The notes: generated by a model not told the origin, from the sequence alone. A stretch of 49,935 bases of DNA from Guillardia theta CCMP2712 (GCF_000315625.1 NW_005434619.1:19170-69104), one strand, 5' to 3'. Positions 23,474-34,592 are shown, counted from the first letter of the stretch. Numbers and translations are program-made.

Positions 23474-24281
23474 ATGGTCAAGTATCTATTCACACTTGTC
23501 TGCTGGGTGTTGTTTGCGACGATGTCTCCAAGGTGCCATGGCCTTGAGAGGACGAGGCTTTCCCTGATGAGATCCTTGATGAGTGGTACCGGCACGATCT
23601 ACCTCAGGGGAGGGGTCAGCAAATACTACAACCACACGGCTCCTTCGCTGAGAGGGGGCATTTTCGAGGAGCCAAAAGGCGGAATATCCACCGATGAAGG
23701 GCAATCTGTATGGAACAAGGGAGGATGGTCGTTTGAAGAGCGCGATTACACGTCGTGGTGCCGCAAGCGGATGGAGAGCCTGCTTCGAGACATGCCGTGC
23801 AATGGCGTCTACTTCAGCAACATCTCGAGGGTGTCAGGACATGCGCTCGTCACTTACCGTCAAGGCAAGAAACGCGCAGGAGTGAACTGGGACGACGTGG
23901 TGCTGGATTGGCAGTTGAGGGATTACCCCGATGCCAATGGTTCCCTCACCATAAGGGACTTCTTCTCTGACTTCCCTGAGGACATGGAGATGTTGGTGTC
24001 GGTATGCTCCCCCCTCCTCTCTCCTCCTCTTTTAGAGCTCGGCCCTTCTCTACTCTAGGTTCATCGCTGACTTGTGCTCGTGGCAGGTCAGGTCTTGCGG
24101 GGACGGCAGATGCGGCAGCGACGCGCACCTGAGGGACCGGGTGTTGTCCTGCGTGACAGACTTCCAGGGGCTGTTGGACAAGCTGGTCGAAGAGATGATG
24201 GGGATCAAGTCGCAGAGGTCGGATGCTTCTCGTCCTCACGACCCGTCCAAGGGCGAAGGTCAAGAGATCAAGGCAGGATGA
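23474..24281 (+). CDS. Activator of Hsp90 ATPase N-terminal-domain (Aha1_N/Hch1-like) protein with a signal peptide and two LRGG motifs; 2 exons
   Basis: Signal-like N-terminus MVKYLFTLVCWVLFATMSPRCHG; IYLRGG and PSLRGG. WNKGGWSFEERDYTSWCRKRMESLL and VSGHALVTYRQGKK match the Aha1_N pattern (NxxxWxxxEKDxxxW; GxAxxxxRKGK). Intron about 23996-24086. Confidence 0.8.
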
Positions 24282-24488
24282 AGCCCTTGGTCGGCAGCGC
24301 CTTAGGGCAAACATGACAATGCAAAGGTTATCAAGCATTATATAACAAAGGTTTTGCTTCTCTCGTCACAGTATAAACAGTTCAAACGATGCACGCGAGC
24401 TCCTAGCAAGAATAATGTACACTCCCGCATGCGGTGGCGTCGGACGAGTCAAGGGATGCCTATGATACACTGCAGATGTTTTCATCTT

Positions 24489-26058
24489 TCAATCTCCTCT
24501 GCCGTTCATAGCGCGCGATCTGCTTTGCAAGCTCCTCGTCTGTGTACGCTGCCTGCTCGTCCCGTCAGTCAAGGAAGGTCGGAAGACCAGCCTGCCTACC
24601 GTCCTGTGCTGCAGCTGGTAGAAGAGGATGTATGTATCTTTCTCCAGCGATAGCTTCCGCTCTTGGCACAAGTCCTGTAGCTTCTTCCATGCAGGCAAGG
24701 GGCGCACAGGCTTCTTCAGGTCATCATGGAGTACCCAGCCCCCTGCTCCATCGAAGATCTCCGAGTTCCTGCCAGATCAACCCCATCATAATCATCATCA
24801 TCATCATTATCAATATCATCATCAATATCATTATCATCATCAATATCATTATCATTATCATTATCATCATCAATATCATCATCATCATCATCAATATCAA
24901 TATCATTATCAATATCGTCGTCGTCATCATCATCATCACCACCACATTCAGAGCAAAGAGGGTGAGGAGGGAGCTGGTTCGGTCACCTCCCGATGGAGAC
25001 GTAGTGGCCCTCATTGGCCCGGTCACCGACATGCAGGACGAGGGATCGAAGGACAAGCATGTACTCTGCATCCAGGGAGAGTCAAAGTGTGGTCGAGACG
25101 TCATCGCCCGTGGGTTGGTACCTGGTAGAGGAAGCGACGAGTCTTTGTCTATATATCTGCTCACGTCGAGGGTTTCGGGGAAGGCAACAGGACAAGAATT
25201 CTTGGAAGCGGAGCTGTTGTAGCCATACCGGAGCAGCACGATCGGGATGATGAAGTTGGGGAAGAGAGACGCCTCTCCGTTGTATGTACATCCATCGATC
25301 TCGCAGTCGTTGGTGTAGAACGGGGAGAGTTTCAAGACCTTGAGCACAGACTTCGACTGGCTGCTGGCACCCGCAACTTCGATCTGGTCATCGTAGAAGT
25401 GCCTACGCAGGAGGTCTTCCAACCTGACTGCATTCCTTGACGTCGCGAACAAGTTCTTGGGCTGTTGGACCAGGTTCAGCAGCACTGCTCGATCAGTGAC
25501 GTACTTCATGTCGGTGGAGGACTTCGCCGCCGGAGCCGAACCCCCCATGTTCTTCAAGATGCGCTGTGAGAAGGGGATCCTGGGCGCCTTCAGGAGGTCA
25601 AGGAAAAACTGCAGGAACTCGAGGGCGTCTTGTTGGCGGTACTTGGACATGATCGACTTATCGATCTCCGTGTCCATCCCAGGATCTCGGGAGAGGAGTT
25701 GAGAAATGGCGGAATCGACTTTGCCATCGTTGGCGATCAAGGAAAGGACAGCATGCTGATGGGAGAAACCCATCTCAACCAGCCTCCTGACGTCCTCGTT
25801 CCCTCCGCTGCCCACAGCGAACCCTTCCCAACCGCAGAGGTTGAGGGCGAGCCTCAGCTTCGACATGTCTGGCGCCTTGACTGCCTCCCTCCTCCTCAGC
25901 TGGGTCACCACGACGTCCCTCAAGATTCTCTGCACTGCGGAAGTCTTGTCGTCCTTGAGGTCTTGCACCAGAATACCGTCGTAGCTCTCATTCATGCCGT
26001 CGTGAAACATGGCGAAGATCACGCTGTCGATGTAGCAGCTGTTCCCGCAGTTCTCCAT
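24489..26058 (-). CDS. USP-family (CYLD-like) deubiquitinase with an inserted UBA domain; true start probably slightly upstream
   Basis: Cys box NCGNSCYIDS and QQDALEFL. After splicing, His box LHVGDRANEGHYVS, then WVLHDDL and YILFYQ. UBA-like segment EDVRRLVEMGFSHQHAVLSLIANDGKVDSAISQLL. Confidence 0.9.
24785..24945. repeat. Intronic (ATC/ATT/AAT)n trinucleotide repeat
   Basis: Read directly; source of the poly-I/poly-H/poly-M artefact ORFs. Confidence 0.92.
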
Positions 26059-26822
26059 TCCTCCGCAGCCACGGCAACTTGTTTCTTCGCCCTAACTCAC
26101 GGCAGCGAGACGATGAGCGGGCAGAGGGGAGAGCAGGGATGGTGAGAGAGTCTCATGGGGAGGAGGAGAGTAGTGATAGTTCTCGAGCTACCGGACGCCA
26201 TGGCCGGCTCGCTCGCCGCTCTCCTCGCTCTGCATTTTCGGCCAGGTGGTGAATCTTTTTCAGTGAACGTCTTGGAAACATAACGGTTGTAACGTCAAAA
26301 TGACGGTTATTGTAACGGGTGTATACGAGGGGGATGAGGGCTGTTTTCTGTGAGTTCACCCGTTCAAGTTCAGGCCCGCTAGTCAAATGGCGGTTGACTT
26401 GAAGTGTATGTTGAATGTATGTTGAAGGATCGGGACGATGGAGGAGAGGACTCTCAAGAGAGAGGGAGGAGAGGAGAGGAGAGGGAGCAGAGGGAGCAGA
26501 GGGAGGAGAGGGAGCAGAGGGAGGAGAGCGAGGAGAGGGAGGAGAGGGAGGAGAGCGAGGAATGGAAGAGAGAGGGAGCAAAGGGAGTAGAAGGACTCCG
26601 GGAGGAGAAGGAGCCGGGAGATTGAATAGCCTCCGAGCCTGAAAGGAATGGCCGGACAAGGAGAGCTAGAAGAGAGACTGGGTGTCTCGACTCAGTCTGC
26701 AGGGTGGGAGACGTGAAGGGCAGGACTAAGTCACGTTGGAAGACTAACACAATGAAGGCAGAGAAGGACTCGCCGAGCTAGAGAGGGCGTGGAAAGGAGC
26801 CCATAGAATCTCTTGCGCGAAA

Positions 26823-29274
26823 ATGAGCAGCCCACGGCGAAATGCAGGAGAAGCATTTTCCAAGAGCAACAAGCCGACCTCAAGGGTTCATCACGGTGCT
26901 ACCAAGTTCCCCAAGCTCGTGGAAGCAGCGGTTGAGGGAGGAGGTAAGGCAGGGAGCAGGGGAGGGCTGTCACTGATTTGTCGCAGGCCTTCACTACGAG
27001 AATGACTTCGAGGACGATCTTTCAGAACACAGCAAGTCAACTGACAGCCTTAGAAGCCCCATGAGAGGAGCTCACAGGAGGACCCCGCACAGAGGGTGGG
27101 AGGAGGACGGCGAGTTCGATGCCATCGAGAAATGTGGGAGTGAGATGCGGTCCATCTTCCAGAGCTGGCGGAGGAAGAACCCCTCAGGCGACTTCATGCA
27201 GGACTTGTCGGTTGTTGAGCAGAAGCTGAAGATGTTGGAGCTGTTCGTAAGCTCGGAGCGGCAGGCCTGGACGGGAAAGTATGCGACTAAGTGCCAACAG
27301 CATGCGGCGCTGCTGCTGCAGTTGAGCGCGTGCAAGCAGTCCAACAACAAGACGATGACGCAGGCGTTTGAGGACGTGACGGTGATGACGGAGCGGATCA
27401 AGAAGACAGAGGAGAGCTACCTTAAGTGCAAGATAGACAAGGAACACCTCGAGTTCGAGTTCCAGAAGGAGATCGCCGCCATGTCGCGGAAGCTGTCGGA
27501 GATGGAGCACTCGGTCTACTCGGCAAGGGTAGAGAGCGAGAAGGCGAGCAGAGAAGTCAAGGCGCAGCATCAGCTCGTGAGGCAGCTGGAGGCATCGAGT
27601 GCAGCTAAAGATGCTGAGAAGGAGCAGCTGAGCCTGAAGGCGACCAGGTTGGAACAAGAAATCGTCGCTCGCAAGACAAGGGAGGTTCAGCTGCTGCAAG
27701 ACGTTGAGAGTCTGAAGCAGGTGTTGGAGCAGGAGACGTTGCAAGCCAAGATGCAGATGAATGAGAGTTTGACTGCAAAGCAAGAATACGAGAGTAGGAT
27801 GTCTCAGTTGCAGTCAGAACTTCAAGAATCCAAGCAAGAGATCGCTTATCTCTCTTCGCTCAGGGCAACCAACGAAGCTCTTGTATCAAAGAACGCAAGC
27901 CTGGAAGTTGAGCTAAAGGAAGAGATCGACGAGCGAAACAAGGAAGTGAAACAGCTTAAGCTCGCAGCAGACTTCGAGACATCATCTCTAAAGAGCTCCA
28001 AGCAGCAAGAGGTGCAGATGCTGCAGGAGGAGATTGACAGCCTCAAGTCGCAGCTCTCAAGGATGGAAGAGCAGGCCAAGAGCGAGGCGCTTTTGTTGAA
28101 GTCTGAGTTGGAGGAGTGCAAGAACATGGTGGGGCAGACGAGGAGAGCTGACCTGCTCAAGGTCGAGCTATCGACTGCAGAGAAGAACGAGTCCGAGAGC
28201 AACCTCGTGGAGCTGAGGAGCAGAGTGCAGGAGCTGACGTTGGAGCTGTCCAAGAGCAGGAGGGAAGCGGATCTATCGCTGGATGAAGCCAACGGGAAGG
28301 TAGCAGCTCTCACGCAGGAGATCGCGTACTTGTCCTACCTCAAGACGCACATCCACAGCTACGACCAGACCTACAGCAAGGTCATCCAGAGCCTCTCGAA
28401 CAAGCTCGACAGAGTCGACGAGTGCCTGATGGCAGTTGATGCGATGCGCGCTAGAGCAGCCGAGCAAACGCAGCTGGAGCAGTCCTCACCTCCTCCTGCT
28501 CCTGCTCCTCCTCCTAGTGTCCCAGTCTCCCCCCGCCGAGACGCAGCGGAGGCAGAGAGCGCGAGATTGATCCACAACTTGAAGAGATGGCTGAACCGGG
28601 AGCGAGGGCTGAGGAAGGCGATGGAGGAGAAGGTGAAGGATATCAGAGCTGAGCGAGACTTCTCGAAGAGGCTGCTCAAAGACTTCCTCCTGCAGAGCAC
28701 AAGGGCCAAGGCAGAGGCGCTGGCCAGCCTCTCCTTTCTCAAGCTGGGAGACGATGCAGGTGGGGTCGAGCTGGATCCAAGGAGGAAGAGGGAGATGCTG
28801 AGCAAGCAGGTGGAGAAGCTCAAGGAGATGAAGATGATAGCGGAAGGGATGAGCGGCGGCGATGAGTCGTTGATGAGATCGAAAGAGTTTACAAGTGGGC
28901 ATGTCCTGTTCTCCAAGTTCCACAAGGACGTGATGGAGGTCAAGTCAGAGACGCCCAACTCCATGTCGGACTTCCTGCTCTTCGGCCATGACGGCAGGCA
29001 GGAGGCAACCAAGAAGCATGCACGGGCTGTCAACAAGGGAGGGAGCACCGAGTATCTTGATGATGGTGGTGACGGAGGTGGGGGACGGATTTCAGATGAA
29101 GACGAGGGGTCGCTGCGAAGCTATCTCTCGGGGTTCTTGAACGGCCTCATGGAGGAGGTGGTAGCGCAGAGCATCATTGGCAGCGAGACGGATTCTGAAG
29201 TCTCTTTCAGTCCAGAGGAGGCGGACGAGAGAGGCGGGCCGCGTGTAGATAATCTACAAGAGCTTCAATCTTGA
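26823..29274 (+). CDS. Long coiled-coil protein of unknown function (2 exons)
   Basis: Exon 1 MSSPRRN...VEGG splices (GTAAGG...TCGCAG, phase 1) in frame with the 737-aa ORF. E/K/Q/L-rich heptads over about 450 aa, then a Pro-rich hinge. Confidence 0.85.
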
Positions 29275-31079
29275 AATGCAGTACTTGATGTTCAACTTTT
29301 CAAACTCGCTTGCGTGTGGAGCGAGTTGTATCAGCTGGGCAATGAGCTGGCCCGACACGTTGGCTCGACCCTGCCCCGAGCGTCTGCACCCTAGAGGCCT
29401 GCCCAAGGCCTTGACTGACTCGGCGTGCATGCAGACTCTCTGCACGTGGTAGAGGGAGAAGTCAGAGACGGGAACAACATTTTTGTTTCCCTCCTCTTGA
29501 CTCACTTGTAACAGCACGAGGACTCTAGTCAAATGCTGCCTGTCCTTATGCAGAAACGCGGTCAGCGTGCTAGTCAACGTAGCAAAAACTTCAGTTGATG
29601 CGATTTCCTGCCATGCCCACGTCATTGCAGATGACAAGTGGGTTTGCTTACCCTCAGCACATCCTCCGCCTCCCCCGGGTCACGATCATCAAGAGCAATC
29701 AGAACAATCAGGGAGCTTGTTGTCCGGATCTCCTTCTTCGAGCTGCAGAGACTCGGCAATATGATGATCTCTCCCCGCAACCTTCGTATCATCTCGCTCC
29801 CTAACGGGGTCTGAACATCGCTGCAGTGAACAACGTTGGCATGCGCAAGCACATGGAAGGAAGGAAACAAACTTGAGCAGGCATCGTAGAGCACCGAGCC
29901 TCTCCTCTTTGTTGGGAGTCTGCGAACATGTAAGGCATGCTTCATAACCTCCTCACTTGTCACCTGGAGCAATACCATCATGTCACGTTGAACTCTGACC
30001 TCAACGTCTGTCTTCCATTCATTCCAAACGGGAGATCGCAGCAGGCACTAGAGTTGGTTTCGAGTTAATTGCCATCATTGCCATGAGACATCAAGTCAGA
30101 CAAGGCAAAAGAACAACATTTCCTCTCACACTCCACTCATGCTCCGTCTGGCAGGAAAACTTCTCATTTCGCGAGCGCCTGCCCACGACAAGTGAGAGCT
30201 CGGATCGCGCTGCCTCAGTGCAGACCTGATTGCTGTCATCAACTTGAACATGGTCTTAACCAGTCTGTTGCGTGAGCTTCTTTCAATCATGAGGCTTTCT
30301 GAGTGCAGCATTTCTGCGAGGAAGCGAACGATCGGCTTCCAGGACAGGGTGAGTCCTTTGACAAAAATCTCTCGTGGAATGAATCACCGTTTGATGGGCA
30401 GACAAGCAGAATTCACATAATTTTGATAGCATTTCTACAGTGTGTCCTGATTCAAAGTCAGAATAGAGAGAGGGTGTGGAAAGCATCTACCTTGCCACTC
30501 TTCTTGTGTTTGACCTTGGTTGACCAGCACTGCTTGAAATTGCGTTTTGCAATGACATTTCGAGTGTTTCTGTGCTCTTTTCATAGATCTACAAAGTGAT
30601 TCCAAGTTGTCTTGAGGATATTTGGTCAATACTCGATAAGTTTTCTTCTTCTTCACTGACTCTTGAGATGATTGCTTGCCACGGTCAGCTGGAGACTGTG
30701 TGCATCTTTCTGCATCTGAATCATCCCACGAGTCGAAGTCGTCAGGAGAAGCACTTGTTGCTCTCTGCAGCTGACTTATGAGCTCCTCAGCTTCCTCATC
30801 CTTGAAGCTTGCTCTCTTCCTCCTGCATGGTGATAGCTGGCTGCGCGAGTGAAGCCAAGGATGTCCGAGCGATGCGAGCGAGCCTTGGAGGAGGGAAGCA
30901 GGATAGCGAGAAAGCATCGAGCTCGGAGACGAGGAGGAGGAGGAGGAGGAGGAGGAGGAGGAGGAGGAGGAGGAGGAGGAGGAGGAGGAGGAGGGTGGAA
31001 GGTAGGGAGACGAAGAAGAGGAGGGAGAGGGCGAAGACACCGGCAGCATTTTTGGCTGGGGTATGGTGATGGCAACCAT
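29254..31079 (-). CDS. Multi-exon gene, unknown helical protein
   Basis: ATG at 31079; the first intron holds (TCC)n. Exons include SFKDEEAEELISQLQRATSASPDDFDSWDD, LSTPSLYSDFESGHTVEMLSKLCEFCL, VTSEEVMKHALHVRRL and GQLIAQLIQLAPHASEFEKLNIKYCISRLKLL*. Confidence 0.6.
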
Positions 31080-31184
31080 TTTACGTATTCGAATTGGCGT
31101 GTCATATTTTGAAGTTTTTCAAAAGTTTCACATCAGGTGGCAAAAGTTTCTTCGGGAAAAATGATGAGTAAATAAAATACTCAA

Positions 31185-31710
31185 CTGGCGGCGGGCCGCA
31201 GAATGATCCCGGCCGGGCTGGCACCCGGCAAGTTTTTTCAGTTGTCAAAACGGCTACCGTTCGTACCGGAGGCCGTACCCGGCGCACCGTACGGTAGTAC
31301 CGTACCGTACTGACTGATCTCCTCATTGTCCTCGTACTGATTTTTAACTTAACTTTGAGTGAAGAAGCCTTGAAGTTCGAGCAAGCCAAGTTAGACCGTC
31401 ACGGCGCCGCCGCGTACTGCCCGGCCCGCCGGCCGGCCAGTCTGGCAAAGCGGCTCAAGATCGGACCGGCCCGCCTCCGAGCCCAGGCTCTCGGACGCGG
31501 CGGCCCGAGTTCGGCGTCCGGGCGGGGTACCGTACGCCGCGCACACACGGTGCCACTGCTGACACTCTACTATGATTCAACTTTCACCGTACTTGCGCAG
31601 CCTTGATTCCGTGCTGTTGAGAACGCCCCTCAACTAACTGCGGCTATCCGATATCATCGTCTGTCTGGCAGATCACAGCCTACGAATTGAGTCCGAGCGC
31701 GCCCGGCCCT
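31185..31710. other. CCGG/GTAC-rich intergenic block
   Basis: cccggccggg, ccgtacggtagtaccgtaccgtac, ccggcccgccggccggcc. Confidence 0.7.
31325..31366 (+). repeat. Left copy of a 42-bp inverted repeat (partner 33295-33336)
   Basis: attgtcctcgtactgatttttaacttaactttgagtgaagaa; 39/42 identical to the reverse complement of the partner. Confidence 0.9.
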
Positions 31711-31790
31711 GTGTGAATTGATTCAATGTGAGTTTTATTCATATCCAAACATCGTCCGCGGTGAAACAGAGTTATTATCAGAAACGCAGG

Positions 31791-32708
31791 TCAGTCACTG
31801 CTCTGCAACTTTATGGCTCTGATTCGGTACGCCACAAAACTGGCGAATGTCAGGAAAACTCCTGCAAACAGGTACACATCGCTCGAATGCGCTTTGAATC
31901 CTCGCAGGTTCTGTGCCAAGGACAACCTGTACCTGATTCGAGATCAGATCGACAGAAGAAGGGAGGAGAGGTAATCATAAACCAGGAGCATTCTTGCACT
32001 TACCACGGGTGTCGATGAGAATTGTCGCAGTACGGCATTGTGTTGCTCTTGCCACACCTGCATTTCACTACCTGCGCCCTCAGTCACGCAACGGTTCATC
32101 GGAGCGAGGCCGTCCGCGTCCGCGTCACCTCACCTTGGATTCGCTAGATCGCTCCTCGCCATCGGGTGAGACCCACTTTTACATTGAGAAAGTCAATCGA
32201 TTTTGAACATACTTCAGTCTATCTATGACTCTAAGCATACCTCACTCTACCTATGACTCTAAGCATACCTCACTCTACCTATGACTCTGAGCATACCTCA
32301 CTCTACCTATGACTCTGAGCATATCTATGACTCTAAGCATACCTCACTCTACCTATGACTCTGAGCATACCTCACTCTACCAATGACTCTGAGCATACCT
32401 CACTCTACCTATGACTCTGAGCATATCTATGACTCTGAGCATACCTCACTCTACCTATGACTCTGAGCATATCTATGACTCTGAGCATACCTCACTCTAC
32501 CTATGACTCTGAGCATATCTATGACTCTGAGCATACCTCACTCTACCAATGACTCTGAGCATATCTATGACTCTGAGCATACCTCACTCTACCTATGACT
32601 CTGAGCATACCTCACTCTACCAATGACTCTGAGCATACCTCACTCTACCTATGACTCTGAACATACCTTACTGCTTGAGAAGTTGCGCTTGAAGATCGAA
32701 GGATTCAT
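31791..32708 (-). CDS. CDGSH-type [2Fe-2S] domain protein (NEET/CISD family motif) with a C-terminal transmembrane tail, 97 aa, 4 exons; not in the ORF track
   Basis: Exons 32708-32667, 32175-32134, 32071-32004 and 31932-31791 are all GT-AG and in phase: MNPSIFKRNFSSSK|WVSPDGEERSSESK|VVKCRCGKSNTMPYCDNSHRHPW|YRLSLAQNLRGFKAHSSDVYLFAGVFLTFASFVAYRIRAIKLQSSD*. CRCGKSxxxPYCDNSH fits C-x-C-x2-S-x3-P-x-C-D-G-S-H with G>N. The first exon is the least certain. Confidence 0.82.
32223..32666. repeat. Two-unit tandem array: 12 x 28-bp (CTATGACTCTGAGCATACCTCACTCTAC), 5 x 18-bp (CTATGACTCTGAGCATAT) and a terminal 18-mer
   Basis: Order on the + strand is [17 protein letters not shown] + 18-mer, total 444 bp; lies in intron 1 of the CDGSH gene. 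Confidence 0.95.
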
Positions 32709-33079
32709 TTTCTATCACGAGACTCCTACCCACCGGCGATTTGAGTTAGAATCAACACATGGACTCGAAATGCCCCGTCCTTATCGGAAGGAATAGACCG
32801 ATGACTCATCAGAGATAGCACATTGGGTTTCCGTCTTACAGAAGTGATCATCCTGAAACCCCTTCACGCAACTAACGTATTTCCTGTTTCCTTTACCTTT
32901 CCTTCTTCTCCTTCTCTCCCCCCCCCCCTCCCTGCCGTATTCTCCTACCTCTCCCGCTCCCTCTTCTCCTCTTGCATACTCGCTAGCGTCCATACTCTCT
33001 AGCCTCTCAACGCCAGAAGGCGACTCTCAAGCAGACCTTCTCTCATCTCAGCCCGCATGCCCTGTACGTCTCAAGGATG

Positions 33080-33500
33080 TCAGCATTGGGGCGCAGAAAG
33101 CGATGTGGCCCGGCGGCCCGGCCCGAGGATCGTCGGCCGGGCCTGGAGGACTCGTTGAACTCTGAGAGTTGAACAGTCAACATCTTTAGTTAACTTGAAA
33201 TCAGAACCGGAGGACAATCCGACTGAACTCGGCCCCGGGCCCCGCCGGGCCCCGGGCCCTTTATTCCACCCGATCACGAGCGTTTACTTGAACGTTCTTT
33301 ACTCAAAGTTAAGTTAAAAAGCAGTACGAGGGCAATCCTTTAAAACCCTGAATCAAGATGAAACCCTTTGAATCCTCTAAGCTTTGATGAAAGTTAAGTA
33401 AAATTAGCGGTACTACATTTTGAGCCTGAAGCCGAGTCGTAAAAGGGTCGGTCCGGCGCTCAACCGTCTCAGCCGAACTCCGACGCGTACAGCGGTCAGC
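33080..33500. other. CCGG-rich intergenic block
   Basis: ggcccggcggcccgggccc, ggccccgggccccgccgggccccgggccc. Confidence 0.65.
33295..33336 (-). repeat. Right copy of the 42-bp inverted repeat (partner 31325-31366)
   Basis: ttctttactcaaagttaagttaaaaagcagtacgagggcaat. Confidence 0.9.
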
Positions 33501-33883
33501 AGTGAGAGCTTTACTACAGCAGAAACACGCACCGGTTCACGTCATGCGCTGGCCTTTTGGGCCCGAGTAGACATTCTGGTTGACGTTTCGGACCTGAGAG
33601 GCCTCTGTAGTAAACTCGCTGACTCCTTCGCGGAATGATTTTAGAGTAAAAGTAAAACGTACTCGTTCCTCTGCACCCCATCCCTTGCTGCACCGGATCC
33701 TCCACGCAGCCGCTGGCGGGACCGCATGACGAGCACGAGACGCAGAGCCTGCTTCAGTGAACAGTTTGCTCCTGTCGATGTTGGCCGTAGAGAGACCTGA
33801 GTGAGAAGTCTGCAAAGCTCAGTCAAGCAAAAAGAATTCCTTGCCAAAAGGTCAAGATCATCTCCACCAAGCAATCATTCAAC

Positions 33884-34592
33884 ATGAAACAACCAGACAT
33901 TCCATCTTCCAGCCCGTTACCGAACTTAGCTCCTGTCGATGAACTCCTTCCGTTCGTCCCCCTCCTTCCCTCTGATGTACAGTCCTTCGTCTCCAGCTCT
34001 GGCACATCCTACCTCCCTAGCGACTCCGACGACCCCAAGCCCTCCTCCCAGCGCCGTGCCCGTCTTGCTTGTCGAGTCTGCAAGCAACGCAAGATGAAGT
34101 GCGACGACCTCAACCCATGCTCGCGCTGCTTGGAGTCGAGCGCGGACTGCGTGCGTGATGGGGCTTTACCACCAGAGCAGCCGGCGGAGAAGAAGAGGGG
34201 GAGGAGCCAGACGAAGCAGGCGTGCACGTACTGCAGGGAGCGGAAGATGAAGTGCGAGGCACAGCGACCATGCTGGCGGTGCGTGAGGGTAGGGAATGAC
34301 TGCACAGATGATACGCCAGGTCCCTTGAGGAGAATCGAGACAGAGGACTGATGACAGAGGGACATTGAAGAAGACATGAATGAGGTTGGTGGGAGGCAGG
34401 ACGGAAGGAAAGGAGGAGCGCTCTTCGAGGCAAGAAGCATTTGGTGGATAATGTCTGGATGGAAAACTTCCCAATTCAAAATTTTGTAGCTGGTTGCATG
34501 TCCAGTGAGAGTTGCCATAAGTTCTGTTCACAGAGAATACAGGTGTTGACATCGATGTTGATTCCATTCCAATCCATTGATTCAATAGACCA
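33884..34592 (+). CDS. Double Zn(II)2Cys6 binuclear-cluster transcription factor, copy 1; probably continues by splicing towards about 35700
   Basis: ACRVCKQRKMKCDDLNPCSRCLESSADC and ACTYCRERKMKCEAQRPCWRCVRVGNDC both fit C-x2-C-x6-C-x5-C-x2-C-x6-C. A phase-1 intron at about 34320-34399 joins an open exon ending at a GTAAGG donor. Confidence 0.88.

Noticed and set aside
24489-26058. The neighbouring USP as the protease for the LRGG presequence of the adjacent Aha1-N gene
   Set aside because: No signal peptide evident on the USP; adjacency alone is weak evidence in a eukaryote
31728-32206. + strand ORFs and apparent splice sites
   Set aside because: The minus strand gives an in-phase model with an intact CDGSH motif and TM helix; the + strand yields no recognisable product
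32223-32666. CRISPR-like appearance (quasi-palindromic repeat with intervening segments)
   Set aside because: The intervening segments are identical or absent rather than unique spacers; no cas genes; intronic location in a eukaryotic gene
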